A stretch of 64,000 nt of DNA from Podarcis erhardii (taxonomy: Eukaryota), in assembly GCA_964252035.1 (NCBI GenBank), contig OZ176206.1. One strand, written 5' to 3'. The notes under the pieces are model-generated. The model was not told the origin of the DNA and ran no database searches. It was given only the letters and a program-made list of their open reading frames with translations. Shown here in pieces: positions 47,958 to 60,260 of this stretch (position 1 is the first letter of the stretch; each line of letters opens with the position of its first letter). The position numbers and the translations under genes are program-made.

Positions 47958-50454
47958 CTGCTCTGTTCTATCATTAGTTTGACAGATAAACTTCACAGTA
48001 TATTTTTAAACATCGAAAGTTTTTTGGCTTTTTATAACAAACTGGGGCTAGAGTAGTTTCAGGGCATTTGTTTAACTGCCACCGTGAGCTGATTTGTAAA
48101 TCTGATATCTCAGGTCCTTCATAGGAAAATACCAAAATATAGGCTGAAGTAGCAAGCACAATGCCTTTCAGATGCTGCTGGTGTCAGATACAACTCCCAT
48201 TATCTTTAATCATTGATAATGCTGGCTTAGGCTGATGGGAGTTGTAGTCCAACAACACAAGAAGAACACTGTGTTGGCTACCATTGTTATCGACCTTCTC
48301 CCTAACACACATTTCCATTGGTGGGTCAATCTGTCAAGACTGAAAAAATCAGAAACTGAGAGTAATCAAAATGGATGGCAGATCCACCCATCCTTACCCA
48401 CGGAAACCTTGTGTGTTAGAAAGAAGGTTTTATAGCAGTGGTAGCCAAGGTGGTGCTTCCTGATGTTGGACTACAACTTCCATCAGCATAAGCCAACCCA
48501 ACTGAGTTCTCCACATTTCCACATTGTTTGTGCTTTTTTAAAAGAAGCCCTTGTGAGAATTCACCAATTTTTTGCCTGATACACATCATTTTTGCATGCA
48601 TGTTTTCCTAATTCACACATTTGTGCAAAGGCATTTCCCCTAATATAATGCATTTTTGTGTATTATTTTCACTAAGATATGCATCTTTATTCACACTTTA
48701 CCCAAGTATATGTATTTTAGTACACATTTATTGACTTGAGAACTACACTTCAAAATTTGGGGAAGTCTGGATTTTGAAGGATGGCTGTGTTTCAGTTTAT
48801 ATATTGTTTCAGAAATAGTGGATTCAGCAAGTTCACCTTTAAATGTGAATGAAATCAAACTTCTCCCACATCCTGACTAAAGAATTCTGAATGTGAGGAA
48901 CATTCAAGTATGTTTCCCCTCAGATTTCTGAAATTGCTATAGTTGCTATATGGAGGGCTGTACGGTTTCCGTGAACTCTCCAAATGATCCAAGGGCACCT
49001 AAATAAGAACAGTTCTGTCCTCCATTTCCCGCTGCTAGGCATTTGTTTCTGTTCCCTCACTATGACATAGTTTATTGTGATTAAGTAGCTGCTGACTACA
49101 ATAGTGAATGTGTACTAGCACCTTCTAGAATTCTGCAGATAAGGAACTACAGACTTTGCCATGAGCCAGCTCGTCAAAACTAGCTGTGGCAGAGGATGGC
49201 CTAAGGTTCTCTTAGTTAAAATTCATAATAATGATGCTTATGCATTTTTAATATGCCGGGCCAATACATTTAGCTGTGACGAAAGACAAAATGGCGCCCA
49301 TCCCCATTCCACATACAGAAGTGGCTGGATTGGAATCTTAGGTCACATCCATACCATACATTTAAAGTGCTTTTATACCACTTTAACAGTCACGGAGAAC
49401 CCTAGAAACTGTATTTTGTTAAGGGTGCTTGAAATTGTAGCTCTGTGAGGTCAGTAGGGCCAGTCCTGTGTTATTGTTATTCTATGCACCTGATGCCACC
49501 AAAGTCTCTGTAATCTTTTCTTACTTTCCTCAGGATTCAGACTAAAAGCATGGAAGCAGACTCAGAGGCATCTAGATCAAATAAATACATTTATATTATC
49601 CATCAATAAAACAGTTTGATTGAGGGCCTAAGATTGGAGGACCACAATGGGAATAATACCATGGAAATTAAAAAGAGTATTGTTTGACTTTAAATTTCCA
49701 AATGACTCAACGCTTAATAACTTAATTAAGTTATTGTTGCATAATTTCTGGAGGGAAAATGTGCCCACTGAACTCAACGGGAGAGACAACCACTTAAGAA
49801 AAGGGATTGTGAACTTACACCTCCTTCTTATGAAAGGATTATTGTTGTGGTCAGAATACTGGAAAAAGTACTCTGAAAAATTCCACCACCGTCATCCAGC
49901 TTTCATTAAAGGGGTGCTGAAAAGGACATTAGTCACATACGAGCTCAAAAGCAAAGAACAAGAAAGCTGGACTGCAAATAATGGAGTGGCCTTAAGAGCA
50001 AAGCTGGAGCACACCAAACAGCCATATTGTAGGCCAGCATCCTAACCTTCACAGATGTCTCCAGGAAGGCCACAAGCAGGGCTGCTCCCAGTTCGTCTCA
50101 CTCCTCCAGCATCTGGTATTCAGAGGAATTCTGCTTCTTAATATGAAGGTCCCACTTAATATTCATGAACAAATGGGACCAGCAATGAACTGTTCAGGTT
50201 TTCCATCCTTCTGCTGACCGCTCCACCAGTTAGTCAGCATTCCACAGCCACTAAGAATGCTATCTTCATTAGTGATGGAGGAGAAATTCAATTTAGTCAA
50301 CATTTAAAGGTGAATCTATTCAATTCACGTTTTCCGAAACAGCACAGCCTACGGCCTAGGACCTTCGTACCTACGGGACCGTCTCTCCCGGCATGCCCCA
50401 CAGAGAGCCTCAAGGTCCATAAATATCAACACCCTAGTGGTCCCGGGCCCTAAG

Positions 50455-51769
50455 TGTAGCACCCTGCTTGTGGTTAACGCTTAGCTGGAATGAAATATTC
50501 AACGCAGCAATAGAGAAATTAAAATAGTAATTTATTTGTCAGACAAATAAATAAGAGGCTCAGTGGTACGTGGTTACCAAGCTCTGGCCTGCCTCCTGCC
50601 ATTCTGGCCAGCACTTATATTCCCTTAATCCAGCCCCCTTTGCTCCTCCTGTGGCTGCCTCTGTCCAATCAGCCTGGTTGAAATTCCTATTGGCTGTTTG
50701 GTAGAACCAATCACAAAAGATACACCCACAAAAGATACACCCATTTCCTTGCCCTTATAAGGGAGACAAAGAGCTATATATAAATGACAAATAAGTAATA
50801 ATATATCTTACATGGAATCTTAATTACCAGCTCACCTCTTGCCCTCCTTGCCCTATTGCCTTATAAAACAAATGTTTAATCTTACATTTTATGTTCAACA
50901 GATGTCAAGGATCTTGAGTTTCACATCAACATTGAAAGATTTCCTTCATTTAATGTTTCTAAACAAAATGCCTGACAACTATATATCAAGACTGCTTGGA
51001 TGGCGTCTTCTGTCTGGCAGGGGGGGGGGCTGGTGGCTGACTTAATTTCAGGATAAATACAACTCTTACAACCATATGAAATAAGAATCTAGCATTCCTT
51101 AAATCCTTTGCATAATTACATTTAAGCCAATATATTTAAGCTAATATATTTCATACATTTATCATAGGTAGCCTCTTAAAAGAATAAAGCTTTTCAAAGT
51201 AAAAAGGAAGGAACTCAATAAAACACAGCTTTTAAAAGAAGCCTCTTCAGTTTGCACCTCCCCCTTTCCCCCTCCTCTCCAGCCTCAAAATAAAATAGGA
51301 AGAAGCTGCTTCTTCTGCCAAGCCAGTTGCCTTTCCAACATTTAACACATTTTAACCTTTTTAACTCTCTCAGTTTAAGAAACAGCTTTAGAAAAGGACT
51401 TCCCCAAAAATGCTCTCTTTCTTTCTACCAGCTAAATGTTTTTTTTTCCATTTGCTCCTGGCCTTTCAACCTTAGAAAGAAGATCTGGCTCATTTTACTG
51501 GGAGGCACATTGGTATTATCTTCCCCATTCCCAATGGTGTTTTCTCAGCCTTGGGGCAGCATATGTAATTCTCCCTTTTTATGACTTTGAGAATTGTTTT
51601 TCTACTATAAATCAATGGGGCCCTCTTGTCTTAGGAGAATGGCCAAGGTTTTCTCTGCCTGGCATGAAACATTTGAAAATCCTTTTTTTAAGCTCATTTT
51701 TAAATACAAGCCTTGATTGAAATATATAGAAGCTTTGATAAAAATGCAGGCTTATGGTTAGGTGCCTCA
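50455..51769 (-). mobile_element. 1,315-bp solo LTR (TG...CA, 4-bp TSD TAAG)
   Basis: Termini TGTAGCACC / GGTGCCTCA are imperfect inverted repeats. TSD TAAG at 50451-50454 and 51770-51773. On the minus strand, CCAAT boxes (about 50665-50710), a TATA-like GAATATAAG (about 50613-50621) and AATAAA (about 50531-50536) occur in U3-R-U5 order. Confidence 0.8.
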
Positions 51770-52034
51770 TAAGGAAGTTAGATTGGCTTCAACCAGAGCC
51801 AGGGCCTTTTCAACTCTGGCTCCGGCCTGGTGGAACGCTCTGTCTCCTGAGACCAGGGCCCTGCAGGATCTGATTTCTTTCCACAGGGCCTGTAAGACAG
51901 AGTTGTTCCGCCTGGCCTTTGGCTTGGAGCCAATTTGATTCCCTCCCTCTCTTTCTTTTTTCTTTTCCTTCTCCTCCTGCGATGAGGCTACATTTTAATA
52001 TTTTAATGTTTCAATATTTTAAAGTTGTATTTTA

Positions 52035-52633
52035 TTTTATTTTTTTAAAATAATATTTATTAAGATTTTACAAAATCATAATTACAAAAGTACATAGTAA
52101 AACAAAAAAGGGAAAAACTCTCAAACAAAAATACAAGGTACAAAAAAACAAGAAAGATAAAAAAATAGAAAAAAGAAAGTTAAAAACAAATCCATTTTTT
52201 ATAACTTTAAACTTATTAGCTTATTTCTTTGACTTCCTCACACCTCCCCTTTTTGTATTCCCATTAAAATATTCAAATCAGCAAATCCTTACCCTCTTTC
52301 ATTTATCTTAACTCTGAATCTTAACATATTATAACTCTATATTTTCACCCATTTTCAATTCATTTTTGCATACTCTTTTTAACTTTGTTGCTAATGCCAC
52401 TTATTTTCAATCCAACATCATTTTAACATTCATTAATTTTACAGTGTTTCTGCAAGTAATCTTTAAATTTCTTCCAATCTTCTTCCACCAACTCTTCTCC
52501 CAGGTCTCGGATTCTGCCAGTCATTTCCGCTAATTCCATATAGTCCATCACCTTCATCTGCCACTCTTCCAGGGTGGGTAGATCTTGTGTCTTCCAATAC
52601 TTTGCAACAAGTATTCTTGCTGCCGTTGTTGCA
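52035..52633 (-). mobile_element. L1-clade 3' fragment inserted in the L2 3' UTR
   Basis: Minus-strand ATTAARILVAKYWKTQDLPTLEEWQMKVMDYMELAEMTGRIRDLGEELVEEDWKKFKDYLQKHCKINEC*; about 17-bp TSD TTTAA(A/T)GTTG(T/C)ATTTTA at 52018-52034 and 52634-52650. Confidence 0.85.
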
Positions 52634-55600
52634 TTTAATGTTGCATTTTAATTTTGTTTTTAAGTTGTAATCATTCAACTTGTTTTTATTATTGCTTGTA
52701 AGCCGCTCTGAGCCCGGCCTTGGCTGGGGAGGACGGGGTATAAATTAAAAAATTATTATTATTATTATCCTTCAAAATTTGCACCTACCTGAATCTTGCA
52801 GTGCAGTTCTCCAGCCAACGTTGGCAAAAATGCATCTATCAGGGGAAAGTGTGCATAAAAATAATGTACAAATGTATTATGGGAAATGTGCACATTAGTC
52901 AAAACTGTATACAGAAATGTGTTTATTAAGAGAAATGTGTACTAAAATGCTGTTGAATTGTGCAAATTGTTGCAGAAGTCTGGTGAACTGAATTTATTAT
53001 TAGAAAAATGGGAAACCGAGAGAACAGAAATTGACAGGTGCTTCCATCCGTGTTCTTCAGTGAGCTGGGGGGGGGGGCGTGGTGGTGTCTCTTTATCTCT
53101 GTTGTCATTTTGGTGCCTACCAAAAGCCTTCCTCTTTCCATAAGTCTTTTAAGTGGAGCTCTTATGTTTTTATTATTTTATCTCTTATTGTTTGCTGCCC
53201 AGGACTCCTTTAGGAAGAAGAGGAGGATAGAAATTTAATAATAAAGAAAAAATACTAACAAACATTTAAAAAATGTTTTTAAGCATGGTCTGCCTCTATG
53301 CTGTTGCCTCATGCTCTTGATGCACATTTGTCAACCTGCAGATGTTGCAAAACGCTACAGATTTCTGGTGTTCTTTCTCATCCCATGGAAAGTGACCCTA
53401 TAAAAAACAACTCTGGAATTTCCTATCACTTAAGTGGGAAGCACCAGGGCTGGTGTCTGCGGCCAGCATTCTTGGACAACTGCCAGGGCCGCAGCACACT
53501 GGCTTGGCCCACTGCTTTTGTTGCCTGCCTTGAGGCCCCTTTCAGATCCCCCCACTTCCCGGATCTCTGAGCAACACTAGGCTGATGGAACTAGGCACCA
53601 TTTTAATTTGCCGCTTCTCCATAATGCTAGTCTGGGGCATTGTGGAAAATTAGAATGGAAGCAGCCCAGCACTGTTTGTAGCACTGCTGCCTGTCACCTC
53701 CAGTAGGGCCCACCAATGGGTGAGGGGGGCCAGAGGGCATTTTACCCAGGCGGGCCGGAGCCATAATGTGGTTGGGTTTCATATCACGTCATTAAGCCAC
53801 TGGCTGCAGGCCCTGGTAAGCTGGAAATTAGGGTTTACCAAGACCCCCACAGGCCAGGAACTGGCCTCTGGAAGCACACAAACATTGCAGAGCACATTGC
53901 AGACGATCCGTCGATTGGGAAGAGTTCAGATTGTATGCTCAATCTCTTTACTCGAGGAAGGCAATTCCCAGTGCCACACAGCTGTTCTATGCAAATCCCG
54001 TCACTGCTGTTTTTAGAGTGTGATGGGCTTTGTGTCTGTAAAGGCGCTTCAGCACAGTAATCTCTCGACCGCCATTGCTTCAACATTCCTGTCGCTTTAG
54101 CAAATGCTGCCTGTAAAGCTCTCCAGTTCCCATCTATCACAGGACAGTTTACACAGGCAGCGTCTGAAGGTTGTTTCTGTTTACTAGAACTCCGAAGGGA
54201 TTCCCTTAGGAATGAGAATACTTAGGAACGAGAATGGGAGGGGGTAATGGGTGATTACTCAAAATAAATTTCTTATTTTAAACATCTCTTTGCGATTGCG
54301 TTCTCTGCTCGTTCCACCGACAGAAGAAAGGCACCATCCCAAGAAGGGAACATGAGTACATCAACATAGTTTGGGAATACAGTCACCCAGTAAAAGGCAC
54401 TCCATTTAAACAAAGGCAGCCAAGACATACATTAGTGGTCATAAAAATATGTATCAATGTTTAAATTAGGCCCCATCAGCACTATACATTCAAAGCACTA
54501 TGTCTGATACCACTTTAAACAGTTATGGCTTCCCCCAAAGAATCATGGGAACTGTGGTTTGTTAAGGGTGGCAAGAGTTGTTGGCAGATGCCTCTTCCCC
54601 TCACAGAGCTACAATTCCAGAGTGACTGTTAAAGTTGTATGACAGCTTTCTATATGTATGGTGCAGAGGGAGCCTCAGACTGAGGGAATTTGTATCAATG
54701 AGGTGCTGTTAGGGACAGCTGGCGCCCGACTTTCTCCCAGGGTTGGCCCACAGCATTTTGCTGCCTGAGGTGAAGGATAAGATGGTGGTCCCTCATTTGA
54801 AGTCAAATGATGGCAGACAGACACTCAATCTTACTTCAACGCTAGTGATTGGGCAGGGTCTATCTTCACAGGTGTGGCAGCAGACTAGCTAAATTTCCAC
54901 TTTCCAAAATAATGCATGAATGAAAATGCAACCAGTCTTTGAAATTTGCACGTCTTCAAATTTTGCAGTACGGTTATCCAGTCAGGTAATGTGTACACAA
55001 ATGCATGTACTAGGGTAAAGTGTGCCTACAAATGCATATATTAGTGAAAATAGCATACATAATGCATATTTGGGGAAATTGCTTTGCAAAAATGTGTACG
55101 GTTGGCAAAACTGCAGACAAAAATGAATATAGGAAGAGAAATATGCAAAAAAAAATCCTGATGAATTTTCGCAATGACTTCAAAACAAAACCTGTAATCT
55201 ATCACAGAAATGTGTAAAACTGAACTTAAGACTAAAAAAAAGAAAGAGAGGAACTGAAATGGACAAATTTGCCCATTCCTACTGTTTACTCCCCAGGATC
55301 TGTCACCTGAGCTGATTGCTTCACGGTACCCAATGGAAGGGCTGGCCTTGTTATGCACTCCTTTGGAAACCCAGAGATGAAATGACTTATTTCTGCCTAG
55401 TCAAGTGTCAGGTTTCACCAATTTCACCAAGGTTGAAGCTGAAAAAACAAGAGCTGTTTGTAGCTTGCTTTGTCATTAAGTAAATAAATAAATAAATAAT
55501 AAACAAAGCAGTTTATTCTTGGCCTGATTCATCATCTCTCATGCTATCTCATTGCTTATGGTCTCTCTTTTTTCACGCTGCTGGTATATTTAGCTTGCTG

Positions 55601-56569
55601 TTATTCCATTTGGGATTTAAATCAATCTGCAAAAACGATTTGGCTTTTCGCCTGCTAAATGGATGCCAGGCAAAATGCTGCTCCTGGTTTGATTTTTTTT
55701 ATTTATTTGCCTGTGTGGGCATCAAGAATATTCCATGCAGCCCCCGCAAAGGAAACCAGCCTTGGCATGTTGGATGAATTCTAATTATTCTTAGCAATGG
55801 AGCAAAACAATTGCTGGACATGGACATGTCAATGTTAAGCATATTTAGGTCCTCTTGTTTTCAAAGGGCACTTCCACACAGCAGCTTATTGTGGCCCTAG
55901 TGCTACTCATATATGTACATTTTTTGCAGTGTCCACACAATGTGGCCTTCATCAAAATGCCAAACTCTCTAATCTGAAATGTCCTGTACACCCCTTGCAA
56001 GCGAAGAAGTTGTAAAGTGTACTTAACAGCGTAAGCAAAGGCTATCACTTCCCCATGCAACACACGTACCACTAAAGAGGGAAAGAAGATGATGATGATG
56101 ATGTCTTCCACACACATTTCAAGGTGATGTACAACAAAACAGCTTAAAAACAGAGAAAAGCAACACAGAAAATAAGAGCAGATAAATTTTAAAACAATAC
56201 AAAAAAGAGCGCACACAGCTCCACACCATATATTTATGCAAATTCCATGCATATTTAAAGCCAGTAGCTTTCCCCAAAGCATCCTAGGAATGGTAGTTTG
56301 TCAAGGGTGCTAGAAAGTGTAGCACTGTGAGGGGAAAACTAAAATTCCCAGGTTTCTTCAGGGGAAGTCATGCACTTTAAATGTGCATTGAATGTGCTTT
56401 AAACGTATGGTGCGGATTTGTCCAAGGTACAGAGTTGGCAGGTAAGAATTATAAAGTACCATGCAATTCAATAAACACCCGCACTTTTAAAAGGCAGTGA
56501 TAAAACTGGGTGCTAGAGGTCACCTGCAAGAAAAGATGTGTGTGTGTAAGCAACACCCTTTGTTTAAAA

Positions 56570-56773
56570 CAGAGCTTTCCAAACTGTGTGTCGCGATATG
56601 TTAGTGTGTCAGCTGCAGTGGAGGCGTGTTGTGGGAATGCTCCCCACACTCCTCCTGGGTCTGGAAAGAGGTCAGGTTAACCTCCAGTTTGCTAGTAAAA
56701 CTGAATTACTGTGCTGTGAAATGATGCACGTCTAAAAGGTGTGTCACCAATATGAAACGTTTGGAAAGCTCTG
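56570..56773. mobile_element. hAT MITE, 204 bp
   Basis: Perfect 15-bp TIR CAGAGCTTTCCAAAC and perfect 8-bp TSD GTTTAAAA (56562-56569, 56774-56781). Confidence 0.92.
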
Positions 56774-59293
56774 GTTTAAAAGAATGGGAAGTCTCCCTTG
56801 CAGAATCTTTGCATGTGTCTCACATTACATCACACATTAGCTCTGCACTGGGAGCTATTTGTGTGAGGTTCTTCCTTCCCTCATTTACACACTATACCAT
56901 TCTTCGCCAATGCATCTCCATTAAAAGGATTTCAGCTTGCAAAGCTCAGAGCAATTGTGAGACCTTAAAGAGTTGCTTCTAATCGGAATAGAGAGAACTA
57001 GAGTGGATGGAAAAGAGGTCTGTCTAAGTATAGTTATGACCCCATCTGAACTACACATTTAAAGTAGTATCGAACCTGGCTCCCCCTGCCCCACAACGAA
57101 TCCAAGGAGCTGTCATTCATTGAGGTTGCTGAGAGTTGTTAGGACACCCCTAGTCCCCTCACAGAGCTACAATTCCCAGAGTTTCCAGGGAAGAGAGATT
57201 GATTGTTAAACCACTTTGGGAACTGCAGTCCTGTGATGGGAATGGGGTGATTCTCTTAGCATCCTTAACAAATTACAGTTCCCAGGATTCTTTGGGAGAA
57301 GCCATGACTGTTTAAAGTGGTGTGAGCCTGCTTAAAATGTACTGTGCAGATAGGTCCTCTAAAGGACATAAGAGTAGCCCTGCTGGATAGGGTCAATGGT
57401 CCAGCTAATCTAGCATTTTTATTCCTAATCAGGAGCGGCCCACAAAATGTCCCCCACCCATTCCCCACCAGGGAAGAAGGGGGTGAGTCAAGATCTACAT
57501 CAGGAACAAGAGCGGAATAAAGATCTCTTTGTGGAACTGCTTCCCCTGTGGATCCTGCCACCTAAGGCATTTGCTCAGCTTGCCTCATGGGTGGGGTGGC
57601 CCTGTTCTCAGCAGTATCCAGCCATGTGTTTTTGCCTGGGCTGGCATCAAGACTCAGCATGACTGGGCATCTGCCAAGGGCCACCAAATCAGCAAAGCTA
57701 ATTGACAAGAATCTCCCTGGACCTGCTCCTCTTCTTCACCACTGCAACTTGCCTGTTCATATGCCTCAGGCTCAGCCCACAGTGGTGGTGAGAAAGAGAA
57801 GTAACTGTGCCACTGCCTGCTTGCTCAATGGTTCTCTGCCAGGCAATCAAGGAGTAATAGCAACCAGAAATAGGAGGTGGTGATAATGGCAGCAGAAGTG
57901 GCTCCCCAGATGGGGCAGAGCTAGCTTCCCGACAGGTGGGTCACTGTTGCTTAATGGGAGGGAGAGGGGCAAGCCAGCAGAAGGAGGCTGGTGCAGTGCA
58001 AACACTGCTGGTGCAGTGCAGGAGCACTGGACTGGCCCCACTGGTGTGTTTGCACCACATCAAACTTCCTTCCGCCTCCCCCCTCCAACTCTCCCAGCAG
58101 AAATGACCCACTTGCTAGGAAACTACAGTAGTGTAGCAGATCTGCCTCACCCAGTGTGCCCCGTCTGAATGGCAGCAAGGGAGATTGGCCCATGGAGGCA
58201 ATCTTGGCCAAGGACCTGCATCCAGCACCATCTCCTGAAAAGTTTGCAAGTGGCCCTCAACCTCATTCTGGAACAGCATTTAAGCTTCCTGAATAATTCC
58301 ATATATACATGACCCTAATTCCCTACAACCCACTGTGTATTGTCACCTCTGGACTCACACACTGTGGTCCCTCTTAGTACAGAAGGTGCAGTGCTTGTGG
58401 ACAGAATGTGAAGATTATCATCCAGGACCAGAATCTCTCTGCTTTCACAGGGAGCTCTGCTACAAGGGTGCTGACATCTCGCAGTTTTGCACTTGGCAAG
58501 CTGACAGTACATTGCAAAAGTTATCCTGGAGTTCAATTGCTCTCATATGCAGACAACTATAATCGGGATCAAGGGTGGGTTTTCCCCAAGCTCTCATTAT
58601 TGGCCTCTGACATCCAAGTAAGTCAGTGAGGAACCTGCTACTTATTTCAATCAGGGCACAACAATTGCAAAAACAACACACCATTTCCCATGTTCAGTTC
58701 CTGGCATCTCCAGTCAGCTCCTCTCTCTGAAACCTGGAGAGACACTGCCAATCAGTGTAGACAGCACTGAGCTTGATGGGCCAGTGGCTTGAATCAGTAT
58801 AAAGCAGCACCCTCCCCGTGAGAGAAGCCAACAAGACTATATCATTCTAATGAGTTGCTGAAGGAATGGGCATTAAGTAATGCCTACTGATTCAGCCTGA
58901 GACCCTCAAGTTACTCATAATTTCAAATTGCAAAATTCCTATGCTTCCATCCCTCATGAGGCACTAATCATGGCAGCTAGGTGTTAGCACTTGGGGCTGT
59001 GAATCATCACCCACTTTCCATTTTAAAAGACATTTGCTGAAAGCTTGAACAGCTCTTCAGTGAGTAACTCCAAACTCTGAATCCCCATGTGCAAATCTAA
59101 GGAAGTGGGCAATTGGTACTGTGAAAACATAGGGCCCAATCTACATAGGATTTGTTTGGAATGTGGAAGGTTACCATGAGGACACTAGAAGGATGATCTG
59201 GATAGAGAAGAATGGGAGGCCTTTACACTTTTATGCACACTATCAAATGCTGCTAAGCGTTGAGGGAATAGCTAGTTGGACATCCATGGTTAT

Positions 59294-59447
59294 TGTCAGG
59301 GACTGGACTGAGGAGGAATGGAGGGAACCACCCCCACCCTCTTCCTGCACCTTCCTGAGAAGAGGAGGACAGTATAGATTTAGAACGGTGGTTTGCAGAA
59401 GGTCATAGTTCAGAGGCTGCAGAGAGGAGAAGCTGGGAAATATTGGG

Positions 59448-59485
<38 letters not shown>

Positions 59486-59815
59486 GAGACAGCTGATGAC
59501 TCTGTGTCTCTAGAAAGCATTCCTGACCCCCTAGAACCAGGCGTTGAGAGTAGTAGAAAAGAAAGCTCAGAGGCAGAAAGCACAGGTCAGCCAGTGCAGG
59601 GGTGATGTAGAATAGAAGAGACTGAGGAGGCGGGACTTTACTTGGAGCAATGCCATTATCAAAAGGAGACCACATTCCTTCGTCTCTCTCTCTGTGGATA
59701 GCGAATAAACAACTTCGGTAAGAACTCTTCTTGTTTATCTGCTTCCTGGCTGCCACCATGGGAGGGATAGGATTCCCTGAAGTTATTTATGGAAACAATC
59801 CTCTTCTGTTTTACA
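59294..59815 (+). mobile_element. Gypsy-like solo LTR (522 bp) with an internal (GCA)11
   Basis: Starts TGTCAGGG and ends TTTTACA; purine-rich U3, GC box GAGGCGGGA, AATAAA at 59704-59709. The TSD is decayed or uncertain (GTTAT / GAGAT). Confidence 0.6.
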
Positions 59816-59865
59816 GAGATGGGAACAATAACCCTGAGGTTCCAGCAATAAATGGTCTACTTGGC

Positions 59866-59916
59866 ATGCCAGCAGAAGTAATTTTAGTGTTCTTCATTAT
59901 GATGGTGCATACACAA
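59866..59916 (+). CDS. Candidate signal-peptide exon MPAEVILVFFIMMVHTQ (possibly the first coding exon of a cadherin-16 orthologue)
   Basis: Hydrophobic 17-codon stretch, G at Kozak -3, phase-0 donor CAA|GTAAGA. CDH16 lies directly downstream of RRAD in human. No downstream cadherin exon was recognised in the window. Confidence 0.25.
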
Positions 59917-60028
59917 GTAAGAGAGCCAATGGGAAGGCATTAGTTAGTTAATGGGAGCAGATCCAAGTCGTGCAAGGCTCACTGTAGGACAAGGTCCAAG
60001 GTCCATGTGTACCTTTATAAAGCCCTGA

Positions 60029-60260
60029 AACGCTGACACAAAACCCCACACAAACACTAAGTAGAAGAATAGAAGCTTTGCCATGCTGACTCCCCCTTTC
60101 CCTCCCCTTTCTTCCCAGCCTTATGGTGCAGGCACCACTAATGTCTCACAACAAATGAAACTGATCTGTAGAAAACACGACCTGAAAAAAGAGACAATGC
60201 ATGTACTTTTGTAAACTAAGAAATCTTTAATAAAATTATTTTAAAATAAATAAACAAACA
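60029..60260 (+). mobile_element. 232-bp retroposed 3' fragment (L1-type TPRT insertion)
   Basis: Perfect 13-bp TSD TATAAAGCCCTGA (60016-60028, 60261-60273); AATAAA at 60229-60234 and an A-rich tail. Confidence 0.75.

Larger units (their letters stand above)
50348..52768 (+). mobile_element. L2 LINE 3' fragment interrupted twice (pieces 50348-50454, 51770-52034, 52634-52768)
   Basis: Removing 50455-51769 and one TAAG copy restores YGLGPSYLRDRLSRHAPQRASRSININTLVVPGPK|EVRLASTRARAFSTLAPAWWNALSPETRALQDLISFHRACKTELFRLAFGL. Ends in ...GGGGTATAAATT...(ATT)n. Confidence 0.85.

Noticed and set aside
49647-50045. 132-aa AT-rich ORF
   Set aside because: No motif or convincing splice context recognised; cannot be supported without a database search.
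51257-51280. Polypurine tract plus TG as the start of a 3' LTR
   Set aside because: The TAAG TSD and the restored L2 frame place the element boundary at 51769, so the tract is internal to the solo LTR.
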